NCBI RefSeq assembly: GCF_037042905.1
Contig: NC_087252.1
Coordinates: forward strand, 26,910,001 to 26,974,000
Origin: Lytechinus pictus
Taxonomy: Eukaryota
Reading direction: 5' to 3'
Length of the DNA: 64,000 nucleotides
Positions 63,609-64,000 of this stretch are shown piece after piece. Every line of letters begins with the position of its first letter. Positions within the stretch are counted from its first letter, which is position 1. Made by a program: the position numbers and the translations under genes. Below the pieces are notes generated by a model, which did no database searches, had not been told where the DNA came from, and worked only from the letters and a program-made list of their open reading frames with translations.

Positions 63609-64000
63609 GTAAGACCTCAATCGATAGTGGGAGCTAAGTTTGACCGAGTCGACCCATGGCCTTTTAACTTTAACATTTTTCTTGTGAATTCTAACCATAA
63701 ATATAAGATGTTAAAGCATATCCCTCCTTCTGTGTTTTTTTAAAAATGATATTATGTTTACTGTTAAAATGCTTTTGCAAATTTCAAGCATGTTGTTTAA
63801 GACTGTCAACCTAACAACTTCCGTTTTAAGTGTTCAAACCTTTAAACAAGTTCTTTAACGGTTTGAGCAACTTCTTAAAGGATTTAAACAAGTTAGAAAA
63901 ATTTAAACAACTTGATGTTAGAGTGACGATGTAAACAACATGCTATTCTTCTACTGTCTTGTACTATCAATTTGTTTAAATTGCCTTTTGATCTACATTA

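Overview
AT-rich, repeat-dense eukaryotic (animal) genomic DNA. The repeat inventory suggests a marine deuterostome such as a sea urchin, but this is inference. No ORF in the supplied track is a credible intact gene. The only supported protein-coding sequence is two + strand phase-1/phase-1 exons (62055-62210, 63447-63608) that splice into one N-terminal immunoglobulin domain of an NCAM/fasciclin-II-like cell-surface protein. Its start exon was not found and the gene continues past the window. The rest is intron/intergenic DNA with at least 30 non-autonomous DNA transposons (TTAA-flanked Kolobok-like, 3-bp-TSD Harbinger-like, TA-flanked, 8-bp hAT-like, 9-bp-TSD AcademH-like, a Helentron-type element), tRNA-derived SINEs, L2 LINE tails, minisatellites and a local tandem duplication. 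Most notable: (1) a complete 72-nt tRNA cloverleaf with a UCA (opal-reading) anticodon and an adjacent T6 terminator, carried in a ~410-bp cassette inside a (TA)n microsatellite; (2) a large excess of TACATGTA and TAGGCCTA octamers that behave like transposon excision footprints, with two paralog comparisons inside the window supporting this; (3) a 65-bp TTAA-bounded duplication around a compound MITE. All coordinates and counts were read by eye.
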